Shown here one piece after another: positions 24,773 through 32,740 of a stretch of DNA of 39,563 nucleotides. Where the stretch lies: NCBI GenBank assembly GCA_964367355.1, contig CAYIWY010000002.1:137296-176858 (forward strand). Direction: 5' to 3'. The position numbers and the translations under genes were made by a program. The stretch comes from an uncultured Gammaproteobacteria bacterium (GTDB lineage Bacteria; Patescibacteriota; Microgenomatia; Woykebacterales; RBG-16-39-9b). The notes under the pieces were generated by a model, which ran no database searches, had not been told where the DNA came from, and saw nothing but the letters and a program-made list of their open reading frames with translations. The number at the start of each line of letters is the position of its first letter. Position 1 is the first letter of the stretch.

Positions 24773-27070
24773 ATGAAATTAAGTAAGATTTGCTCGGAAA
24801 TCATTACCTACAGCTTTTACACTCTCTTTTTTGCGGTTCCGCTTTTCTGGCTTCCGGTCAATTCTGAGCTTTTCGAATTCAACAAAATGCTGCTTGTTTA
24901 CTTTTTGACTGTTGTAATCCTAGCCGGGTGGATTATCAAAGGTTTAGCGAAGAAAGAATTAATAATTAAAAGAACGCCACTCGATATTCCAATTCTAATT
25001 TTTTTGCTTGCCAATATTGCTTCAACTATTTTTTCACTTGACCCACATACCAGTATTTTTGGTTATTACGGCCGCTGGAACGGCGGCCTACTTTCCACTA
25101 TTGCCTATATATCACTTTACTACGCTCTAATTTCCAATTCCGATAAAAAACAAGCTGTCTACTACCTCGCAACAATCCTATTCTCAGGAATTTTAGTCGC
25201 TCTCTACGGTGTTCTTCAGCACCCAAATCCTTTTTTTCAAGAAAAAGTTGGCGCGACGACAATCTTTCATGGAATTGATTACGACTTTTGGGCGGTCGAT
25301 GTCGAAAACCGAGTTTTCGGAACTTTGGGTCAGCCAAACTGGTTAGCAGCTTTTGCCGCAATGATAATTTTTCCGTTGCTCTCTTTTTTGTTTATTTTTA
25401 AAAAATATTGGCAGAAAACAATAATTTTTTTGTTCCTTGCAGTTGTCTATCTAGCGTTTACTTTTACTTATTCCCGAGGTGGGACAGTCGGACTTTTGGC
25501 AGGTACGGCTACTTTTGTAATTTTACTTCCGTTTTATAGTCGCCGCAGAATACCATCTATTTTTAGTCCATGGATTAATGCGAAAGCGACTACAGTCTTC
25601 CGAGCCGGACTCTCTTCTGCGGCTCGTGTAAACTTGGCAAAAACCGAGGACTTTAAACTCTCGGAAGTTTATAAAGAGACCTTGTTTAGAAAGATTCTTC
25701 ATAAAGTTCCGTTTGTCGATTTAAACTTTCTCTTAAACCGCTTTAAAAATTATTTTGGTTTTTTTTTAGCGCTTTTAATTTTAGTTTTGGTGGTAAATCA
25801 ATTTTTTGGCAACGCTATTTCGCGCCGAGGCGGTTTAACAACCACAACTTCAGGAATAAATACTCAAACTGTTAATCAACCAAGACCACAACCGACCCAG
25901 CTTGAGGTTGGAGGAACACAAACAGCCAAAATTCGAACTATTGTCTGGACAGGCAGTATCAATATATTTAAACATTATCCAATCTTTGGAACGGGTTTGG
26001 AAACCTTTGGCTACAGTTATTACCTATTCCGTCCGGTCGAACATAATCTTACCGCTGAATGGGATTATCTTTACAACAAAGCCCACAACGAATATTTAAA
26101 TTACCTTTCCACTACTGGCAGCTTTGGGTTTTTAAGCTACCTTTTTTTGATTTTATTATTTGAATTTGTAGCAATAAAAATAATTGTAAAATCCGAGTGG
26201 ACAACTGGGCGGTTTTTGTCGCTTGGGTTACTATCTGGTACCAATAGTTATCTCCTGCAGAACTTTTTTGGTTTCTCAGTTGTTCCAATTGCCTTACTTT
26301 TTTTCTTATTTCCAGCTCTCTTTTTTGTTATTAATCAAACTTTCGTAAAAAAAGAAGTGACAATATTTTCAGCTGCTAAATTTAAATTTTTACGATCCAA
26401 ACTCGGCTTGGTAAGTCTTAGCCTAATGGTTGGCATTTTTTCAGTTTATCTATCTTCTGTTGTAATTTCGATGTGGTTGTCTGATTATTTTTACAACAAC
26501 TCTTTATCCTCTACTAACTATCAAACCTCCATCCGACAACTTAGGGTTGCAACGAAATTAACTCCAGGTGAACCAATCTACAAAACCGAGCTGGCTGTAA
26601 ACCTAGCTGGTTTGGCAAGTGCAACAAAGAACAAAGTAACCATTAAACAATCAAAAAAAGAAGCGCGGGAGATTATTAACAAAGTTGTCGAGGAGCATCC
26701 AAACAATACCTATCTATGGCAAACAAAAAGACAGATTGATTTCACCTTAAGTCAAATCGATAAGTCCAACTATTTAGAATTACTTAGATCAGCTGAAAAG
26801 TTAAAAAAACTGGCACCAACCGACGCAGCAATCCAATACAATATTGCTTTGGTTTATAGCTTTATCGACGAGCCTAATAAAGCGGAGAAACAACTTGAGA
26901 AAGTAACGAAACTAAAAACCGATTACCAAGAAGCGATAATAATGCTCGCTAGAACTTATAATGAAAACAATAAAAAAGCTATTGCGATTAAACTATTGAA
27001 AGATTGGCTCAAAAAAAGCCCAAATGATAGCGAAGCTCAAGACTTATTAAATCAGCTGTTAACCAAATAA
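24773..27070 (+). CDS. O-antigen ligase-like membrane protein with TPR C-terminus
   Basis: Multiple TM helices, GTLGQPN, TYSRGG, R...W, FGTG, KAHNEYL, TPR-like tail. Confidence 0.88.
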   Translation: MKLSKICSEIITYSFYTLFFAVPLFWLPVNSELFEFNKMLLVYFLTVVILAGWIIKGLAKKELIIKRTPLDIPILIFLLANIASTIFSLDPHTSIFGYYGRWNGGLLSTIAYISLYYALISNSDKKQAVYYLATILFSGILVALYGVLQHPNPFFQEKVGATTIFHGIDYDFWAVDVENRVFGTLGQPNWLAAFAAMIIFPLLSFLFIFKKYWQKTIIFLFLAVVYLAFTFTYSRGGTVGLLAGTATFVILLPFYSRRRIPSIFSPWINAKATTVFRAGLSSAARVNLAKTEDFKLSEVYKETLFRKILHKVPFVDLNFLLNRFKNYFGFFLALLILVLVVNQFFGNAISRRGGLTTTTSGINTQTVNQPRPQPTQLEVGGTQTAKIRTIVWTGSINIFKHYPIFGTGLETFGYSYYLFRPVEHNLTAEWDYLYNKAHNEYLNYLSTTGSFGFLSYLFLILLFEFVAIKIIVKSEWTTGRFLSLGLLSGTNSYLLQNFFGFSVVPIALLFFLFPALFFVINQTFVKKEVTIFSAAKFKFLRSKLGLVSLSLMVGIFSVYLSSVVISMWLSDYFYNNSLSSTNYQTSIRQLRVATKLTPGEPIYKTELAVNLAGLASATKNKVTIKQSKKEAREIINKVVEEHPNNTYLWQTKRQIDFTLSQIDKSNYLELLRSAEKLKKLAPTDAAIQYNIALVYSFIDEPNKAEKQLEKVTKLKTDYQEAIIMLARTYNENNKKAIAIKLLKDWLKKSPNDSEAQDLLNQLLTK
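25539..25673 (+). mobile_element. 135-bp IS200/IS605-like non-autonomous miniature inserted in frame
   Basis: Flanked by TTTATA at 25533-25538 and 25668-25673. Contains three consecutive hairpins and adds 45 atypical residues. Confidence 0.6.
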
Positions 27071-27118
27071 ACCTGTACACCTCCGAGGTGTACAGGTTGT
27101 CCATCCCCGGAATGGACA
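27070..27118. repeat. Two adjacent REP-like palindromes
   Basis: AACCTGTACACCTCCGAGGTGTACAGGTT and TGTCCATCCCCGGAATGGACA. Confidence 0.7.
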
Positions 27119-27127
27119 TTTAGGAAG

Positions 27128-27409
27128 ATGGAAAATCTAAAAAGAATAATTGAGAAAAAGAAAGCCAAAAAACCAGCGCCTATTTATATTCATTTTGAAT
27201 TTCAAGATTACGGTGTTTACCTCTCGGAAATTCTTCATGACCCAAAACACAAAGCCTTGTATATAAAACTGGCTAAAGAAAAACCCCGCGGCCTTTTGGA
27301 AGAAGCCAAAGGCTTTGCCAAAGATTACAACACAAAATCAGTCAATCGCGGGAAGTTGTTTATGTGGAAACTGAAGGAGCTAGAAAAAGAACGGGAAGAT
27401 AAAAACTAA
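27128..27409 (+). CDS. Small basic hypothetical protein
   Basis: 93 aa with genome-like composition. Confidence 0.8.
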   Translation: MENLKRIIEKKKAKKPAPIYIHFEFQDYGVYLSEILHDPKHKALYIKLAKEKPRGLLEEAKGFAKDYNTKSVNRGKLFMWKLKELEKEREDKN

Positions 27410-27441
27410 GCAAATACTATTACAATGGTATAATCTTCCCA

Positions 27442-28773
27442 ATGATTTTAAAAATAACTAAAAACAGCGACCCTGTTTGGAAAAAGAAATTTGTCGATAT
27501 TGATCCGAGTGATCAAAATCTCAAACGAATAGTTTCTGATATGCAAGAAACCTTGAGCTTCACCATGGGCGTTGGGCTGGCTGCCCCACAAGTTGGTTTC
27601 CCATATAGAATGTTTATTGTCGATTACGCTGATCTCAAAGAAACTTTTATCAATCCGAAAATACTTTCAAAAAATACCGAAACAGATTTTGTTGAGGAGG
27701 GCTGTCTCTCGATCCCAGGAGTTCGTGGTTTAGTCGAGCGCCAAACTGAGATCGAAGTCGAATATTTTAACCTTAAAGGAGAGCACAAAAAAGCAAAACT
27801 GACTGGTTTTTACGCCCGCATTGTTCAACACGAATACGACCATCTGAGTTCAACTTTTTATATCGGCAGAATTAAGAAAGCAAGACATATTTATCACTTC
27901 GAACCAATCAAAATCGTCTTTTTTGGCAGCAGCGAGTTTTCCGCTTCCTTATTATTTAGTCTACTGGGACAAAGTATGGTCGGTGACTATGAAATCCAGC
28001 TAGTGGTAACGTCTCCCGACAAACCTGTTGGTCGTGGTCAAAAGCTGCAACCTTCGGTTGTCAAAACCATGGCCGAACAATTCAAAATTCCAGTAGTAAC
28101 TCCTGAGAAATTGGCAAAAAGAGAAGGTACTAATTTTATACTCACAAACGGCGAATTTTACCAACAGGTCAAGAAACTTAACCCTGATATTTTAGTACTC
28201 GCTGCTTACGGAAAGATCTTACCAAAAGAAATTTTGGAAATTCCAAAACTTGCGCCAGTTAATGTTCACCCATCCCTCTTGCCAAAATACCGTGGTCCCG
28301 CTCCAATCCAGGCACCAATATTGAGCGGCGATAAATATTCCGGTGTAACAATCATGAAAATGAACGAAAAAATGGATGAAGGTGATATTTATCTCAAGGC
28401 ACGTTATTTATTAAAACCTGATGAAACCTCTGAAAGCCTCGCTTTAACCTTAGAAGGTTTGTCAAAAGACCTTTTGCACCACGTCTTGCATTACCTAGCT
28501 CTCAATAAAATGAAATCTAAGCCACAGGACCATACAAAGGCTAGTTATACCAAATTTATTCAAAAAGAAGACGGAAAATTTGATCTAGAAAATCCGCCAA
28601 AGAAACTTGATCGAATGATCCGCGCCTATTATCCTTGGCCGGGAGTTTGGTGCGAGTATAACGGGAAAATTTTGAAACTATTGCCGAAGCAAATGGTCCA
28701 ACTCGAAGGCAAAAATCCAGTGAGTTTAAAAAATTTCAAGTCTGGCCACAAAGATTTCACCCTAACTTGGTAG
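27442..28773 (+). CDS. def-fmt: Peptide deformylase / methionyl-tRNA formyltransferase fusion
   Basis: GVGLAAPQ, EGCLS and QHEYDH, followed in one ORF by IVFFGS, PDKPVGRG, NVHPSLLPKYRG and MDEGD. Confidence 0.93.
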   Translation: MILKITKNSDPVWKKKFVDIDPSDQNLKRIVSDMQETLSFTMGVGLAAPQVGFPYRMFIVDYADLKETFINPKILSKNTETDFVEEGCLSIPGVRGLVERQTEIEVEYFNLKGEHKKAKLTGFYARIVQHEYDHLSSTFYIGRIKKARHIYHFEPIKIVFFGSSEFSASLLFSLLGQSMVGDYEIQLVVTSPDKPVGRGQKLQPSVVKTMAEQFKIPVVTPEKLAKREGTNFILTNGEFYQQVKKLNPDILVLAAYGKILPKEILEIPKLAPVNVHPSLLPKYRGPAPIQAPILSGDKYSGVTIMKMNEKMDEGDIYLKARYLLKPDETSESLALTLEGLSKDLLHHVLHYLALNKMKSKPQDHTKASYTKFIQKEDGKFDLENPPKKLDRMIRAYYPWPGVWCEYNGKILKLLPKQMVQLEGKNPVSLKNFKSGHKDFTLTW

Positions 28774-28855
28774 TCTTTCTAACCGGTTTATGAGTTTTAC
28801 CTTTGAACCAATCTGGGGTTCTAAATCCTGGTTTCTTTGGCGGCTTCTTACCCAT
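28757..28855 (-). CDS. Candidate 32-aa basic microprotein
   Basis: MGKKPPKKPGFRTPDWFKGKTHKPVRKTTKLG*, with TTGATA-N17-GATAAT 5 nt upstream. Confidence 0.4.
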   Translation of the reverse strand: MGKKPPKKPGFRTPDWFKGKTHKPVRKTTKLG

Positions 28856-28940
28856 TTTTAATTATCTAGTTCCACTAACTTTGTATCAATCTATTGATAG
28901 ATTAAAACATTTAAATTCAATTTGTTTAAGAATCTAAGTT

Positions 28941-28978
28941 AAGAAAGAAAAAGCGCTGCAGGTTTTGCAACGCTTTTT
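28941..28978 (-). terminator. Rho-independent terminator
   Basis: AAGCGTTGCA...TGCAGCGCTT-TTTCTTT. Confidence 0.7.
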
Positions 28979-29000
28979 AAGAACTTATGCTTCTTTTCCA

Positions 29001-29468
29001 CTACTGTTCCAGCAACCTAGGACCGGAAACGAGTTTCAAGGTCACCTTAAGTGTTGATCCTGGTAAATATGGTTCTCCAGGAAAACTGGGGCGATCCGGG
29101 GTCTGAAAGACTTGAGTGAAGGTTTTCCAATCACCAGCTGAATTGATAGGAAACGGAGCACTTCTCAAGTAATCCCTTCCCAGTTCGGCCCCTGAATTGG
29201 CGACCAGGTCAAAGTAAACAATATTGTCACTTTCAGCTGACCTGTTACCGTAGATACCGAAGCGAATACGTCCACCTTGTTCGTTGGTTGGAATCTCCCC
29301 GAAAAACCGCTTCAGGTCAAAGGGATCGTGTTGGACGGCGTGAACTTCACCAACCTTTTTCCTGTTGATGAAAACCGCTACCACTATTTCCTCTGGGTTT
29401 TCCACTTCCAACTTTTTGTAATGCCGAGGCAACATGATAGTTCCGAATGTCGTCGTTGATGTGGCCAT
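29001..29468 (-). CDS. Hypothetical protein (orphan unit)
   Basis: 155 aa; SD GAGGAG/GAGGT; TTGCAT-N17-TATAAT promoter. Confidence 0.78.
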   Translation of the reverse strand: MATSTTTFGTIMLPRHYKKLEVENPEEIVVAVFINRKKVGEVHAVQHDPFDLKRFFGEIPTNEQGGRIRFGIYGNRSAESDNIVYFDLVANSGAELGRDYLRSAPFPINSAGDWKTFTQVFQTPDRPSFPGEPYLPGSTLKVTLKLVSGPRLLEQ

Positions 29469-29534
29469 AACCTCTACTCCTCTCTAACTTGCTTAGGAAA
29501 TTATACTAACGGCTAATTTGGAATGCAAATTAAT

Positions 29535-29567
29535 AAAAGGAAAGCGCCGTAAAGTTTTTACGACGCT
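29535..29567 (-). terminator. Rho-independent terminator similar to 28941-28978
   Basis: AGCGTCGTAAA...TTTACGGCGCT-TTCCTTTT. Confidence 0.7.
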
Positions 29568-29576
29568 CTTAGTATC

Positions 29577-30071
29577 TCAAGCAATTTTGAACTCAAGCAA
29601 TTCCGCGGTTTTGTTCCTGAGTTCCTCGTTTCGTTCCTTCCACTGAACCTCGGCGTAATCCAAAGCTTCGCTTAAAGTGCTCAAAAACTTTATGAGCCAC
29701 TCGACGATTTCCAAGGAATTGTCTCCGGGTATTGTTAGCCCTTTAGGAAAGATAACCTTCGTACCAAAAGTGTCGAAGCTCCCACTTCGAAGCAAAATGC
29801 ACTTTTCGCTGATCCGGACTCCCCTTCGAATCGAATTCGGGAAAACAATTTCTTTCTCTGCAAAGGCAAGTACCGACTGAATTGCGCAAACTGCGTCAAC
29901 AACCACAGAGGTTACGCTGGTTCTAATTTGTTCAACCGGACGCTCGTTCTCACCATCAACGTAGCTAACCAATCTTGGGAGCTCTTTTAGAACTTCCGCA
30001 AAGTTCCTTCTTTCTTCGGAAAAACGATAACCACCAACACTTACTATTGAAGATCTTCTTGCCCTAGGCAT
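29577..30071 (-). CDS. Hypothetical protein (orphan unit)
   Basis: 164 aa; SD AAGGAGGAG; TATAAT upstream. Confidence 0.78.
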   Translation of the reverse strand: MPRARRSSIVSVGGYRFSEERRNFAEVLKELPRLVSYVDGENERPVEQIRTSVTSVVVDAVCAIQSVLAFAEKEIVFPNSIRRGVRISEKCILLRSGSFDTFGTKVIFPKGLTIPGDNSLEIVEWLIKFLSTLSEALDYAEVQWKERNEELRNKTAELLEFKIA

Positions 30072-30126
30072 CTCTCCTCCTTACTGGAACTAGCTATTTT
30101 TTGGATTATAGTAGAAAACTTGAAAT

Positions 30127-30408
30127 TTAAGCAACTGAAACTTCTTCTTTGGGGGTTTCGGTCTTAACTTTGGAGGACTCCTGCCTGGCGGCAGACAGGT
30201 CTTTTTTAACTTCTTCGGTTACACGTGGGTACATTTTGCGAATGATACGAGTACACTTGGTGCACAAACGCATAGTTTTGCTTTGGCCTTCGACCTTCAC
30301 AGTTATTACGTGGAGGTTGGGAATGCTTTTTGTTTTGGTTCGGCGGTGTGAATGGGAAACATTCATCCCAACTTGGTAACCCATTTGACAACGATCACAA
30401 ATATACAT
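30127..30408 (-). CDS. rpmB: 50S ribosomal protein L28 (Zn-type, extended C-terminus)
   Basis: CDRC..G..VSHSHRRTK...PNL...LCTKC. Start MYIC at 30408. The tail contains the palindrome at 30180-30199. Confidence 0.9.
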   Translation of the reverse strand: MYICDRCQMGYQVGMNVSHSHRRTKTKSIPNLHVITVKVEGQSKTMRLCTKCTRIIRKMYPRVTEEVKKDLSAARQESSKVKTETPKEEVSVA

Positions 30409-30480
30409 AAATTTAAATAATTCTTTTAACTCTGGTTTTGAACTGGTACAATATATCAGACTTGCGCAAATCAAGCAACT

Positions 30481-31101
30481 ATGACTAATTCAGCCGATTT
30501 TGTTTCCATATTTTTAAATCTCCTTCTGATAATGGGCACGTTGGCTGTTTCTATCAGTTTCCACGAAGCTGCCCATGCCTGGACAGCTTTAAAACTTGGG
30601 GACCCAACTGCCAAACATATGGGCCGAGTCAGTTTAAACCCTTTTGATCATATTGACCCAGTTGGAACTGTCATTCTACCTTTATTTTTAATGATTAGTG
30701 GTTTACCGGTCTTTGGTTGGGCCAAACCGACTCCTTTTAACCCCTGGAACTTAGCAAACCCAAAACGCGATTCTGCCTTAATTTCTTTGGCTGGACCGGT
30801 TTCTAATTTTATTTTTGCGATAATAATTAGCTTAATTTACCGAATAACGCAGTTCGACCTGCTCTTACCAATAATTCAACTTAACTTAGTTTTAGGTTTT
30901 TTTAACTTAATTCCGATTCACCCATTAGACGGATCCAAAGTTGTCGGAGGCTTACTCCCAAAAAATCTTTATTACCAATGGGTTTCGTTGGAACGCTACG
31001 GACCGCTATTTTTGCTAGCACTTTTCTTATTTGGCGGAAGCTTTATCTCAATTTTAATTTTGCCTCCAATCAAGTTTGCACTTCAATTGTTGGTTGGCTG
31101 A
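30481..31101 (+). CDS. Site-2 protease family (M50) protein
   Basis: HEAAH, LGDPT, GWAKP, AGPVSN, NLIPIHPLDG. Confidence 0.95.
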   Translation: MTNSADFVSIFLNLLLIMGTLAVSISFHEAAHAWTALKLGDPTAKHMGRVSLNPFDHIDPVGTVILPLFLMISGLPVFGWAKPTPFNPWNLANPKRDSALISLAGPVSNFIFAIIISLIYRITQFDLLLPIIQLNLVLGFFNLIPIHPLDGSKVVGGLLPKNLYYQWVSLERYGPLFLLALFLFGGSFISILILPPIKFALQLLVG

Positions 31102-31158
31102 TACTTAAGTGAAAGCTTGTTTGTTGCTTTAATGATTTTTCTTTGCTATAAATTAACC

Positions 31159-31373
31159 GTGATCAAAAAAGATCAACGCTCAAGGAAGTAACGAGAGAAA
31201 AACAGCTGAATTACTTTCTTTCTCGTTTTTCAATTACTTCGGGAAAAACTCGGACGTCTCCTGTATCGATATGTCGAACTCGAGCAGAGTTCCCACTTAA
31301 AGTTTTGGAAAGAAAAGCTTCAACTATTAAAGCAAAATTCCTTGAGCAGAAATCATTATTTTGAAAAAGGTTA
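31159..31373 (+). pseudogene. Possible small gene disrupted in an A6 run, or a structured RNA
   Basis: Promoter TTGCTT...TATAAA, GTG at 31159, an open +1 frame from 31163 to 31373, and a terminator at 31371-31397. Confidence 0.35.
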
Positions 31374-31420
31374 GCCACAAAAAGGCTGATCTTTTTTAAT
31401 CAATAAGCTTTTAAATTTGT

Positions 31421-32683
31421 TTATATTGGGGTAATCTTTTTTCGGTTCTTGAGCCAAACAACACCAACGCTAATCAAAGCGACAAATCCAAGTAGTATCA
31501 TTGCCCAGCCAATATTGCGGAAAGTTTGTCTCTGCTGTGCAATACCAGCTACCTTAACTTCGAAATTTTGCGTGCCTGCTTTACCGGACATGAGAAGAGT
31601 ATCGTCTGCTTTAACCTCCAACGTTACAGTTTTATAAACCTTACCGGCAAACTCGAATTTTACTTCCTGCTTGGCTCCGTAAACATCGTAAAGGGTTGCA
31701 ACACCATGACTATCTGTAACAGCGCTGTTATTACCTGTGGTCAAAATCACCTTAACACCACTTAACGGAATTCCGTTTTCATCGATTACTTTAATAGTTA
31801 TTGTGTAACCTTTAGTTTTGAAAGTTCCGGTACTATTAGCTTTATTTCCAGCTTTATCAACACTTGTAATTTTGAATTGGAAGAGCGTTCCGGGGATTAT
31901 TAGAGACGTTGGTAAAACCACTTTATGAGCCGTTGTGAAACCCTCAGTGCCGACGGAAGAACCATAAATTTCGGTTGGACCAAACTCAACATTTGAAGTT
32001 GCATCTTCGTTTGTTGTCCAAACAATCGTTGCGGCTTTGTAGGACACATCTGTCACCGAAACACCACTGATCTTCGGTGCTGTTATATCGGTTGTAGTAA
32101 CTGTAGGGGCTGAAGTTGAGGTTGACGGTGTCTTTGTTGTCGAAGAAGGTGGTGTCGTCGCTGGTGGGTTAGTTGTTGGTGGTGTTACTACTGGAGGCGC
32201 TGTTAGAGTATAAGTCCCGCCTGAAGTTGATCCTAAGATATCGACAAAATCCGGAACCCTAATGACATACGAATCAGTAGTGGAAATACCAATTGTGGTA
32301 GTTCCCGAACCAACAAGAACCTTGAAAGTAACTTTTGCAAAAAACTGATCTCCTGTGAACGTGCCAGGACCATAACCAGCAACGGTAACTACACCACTGC
32401 CACCGGAATACGGACCATCTGGAAAATTACTGTTGGGTTTACTTACGCCCACATATTCAAGTTTAGCAGCGTCATAGGTGAGTTTAGCTTGAGCCGCATT
32501 GATTGTTTCGGACCCGCTATTAACCATAACTGTTACGTCAAAAGTATTATTTACCTGGTAACTGCCTGAAGAGGGTGACAATGAAAGGGTGGCAGTTCCG
32601 GCAGCAGAAGTTTTTGAGGATAGCAGCAGAAATGATTCAGCCACTAAAACAAGTAATATTAATTTCGATAGCAGTTTAGTCAT
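31421..32683 (-). CDS. Membrane-anchored cohesin-domain protein (anchoring scaffoldin-like)
   Basis: Signal peptide, cohesin-like domain (LSLSPSSG...FDVTV.VN...INAAQAKLTYD...FAKVTFK), Pro/Thr linker, FN3-like and Ig-like domains, C-terminal TM with a basic tail. Confidence 0.8.
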   Translation of the reverse strand: MTKLLSKLILLVLVAESFLLLSSKTSAAGTATLSLSPSSGSYQVNNTFDVTVMVNSGSETINAAQAKLTYDAAKLEYVGVSKPNSNFPDGPYSGGSGVVTVAGYGPGTFTGDQFFAKVTFKVLVGSGTTTIGISTTDSYVIRVPDFVDILGSTSGGTYTLTAPPVVTPPTTNPPATTPPSSTTKTPSTSTSAPTVTTTDITAPKISGVSVTDVSYKAATIVWTTNEDATSNVEFGPTEIYGSSVGTEGFTTAHKVVLPTSLIIPGTLFQFKITSVDKAGNKANSTGTFKTKGYTITIKVIDENGIPLSGVKVILTTGNNSAVTDSHGVATLYDVYGAKQEVKFEFAGKVYKTVTLEVKADDTLLMSGKAGTQNFEVKVAGIAQQRQTFRNIGWAMILLGFVALISVGVVWLKNRKKITPI

Positions 32684-32740
32684 TTATTCAATTCTTGTTA
32701 ACAAAATTATACCAAAGTAACAAGCGATCAACAAGTAAAT

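Noticed and set aside
4327-30474. Long N-terminal extensions in the ORF track for frr, tsf, dcd, topA, rpmB, 6211-6555 and 11648-12259
   Set aside because: Family homology and promoter or SD positions point to downstream starts; the extensions overlap promoters or neighbouring genes.
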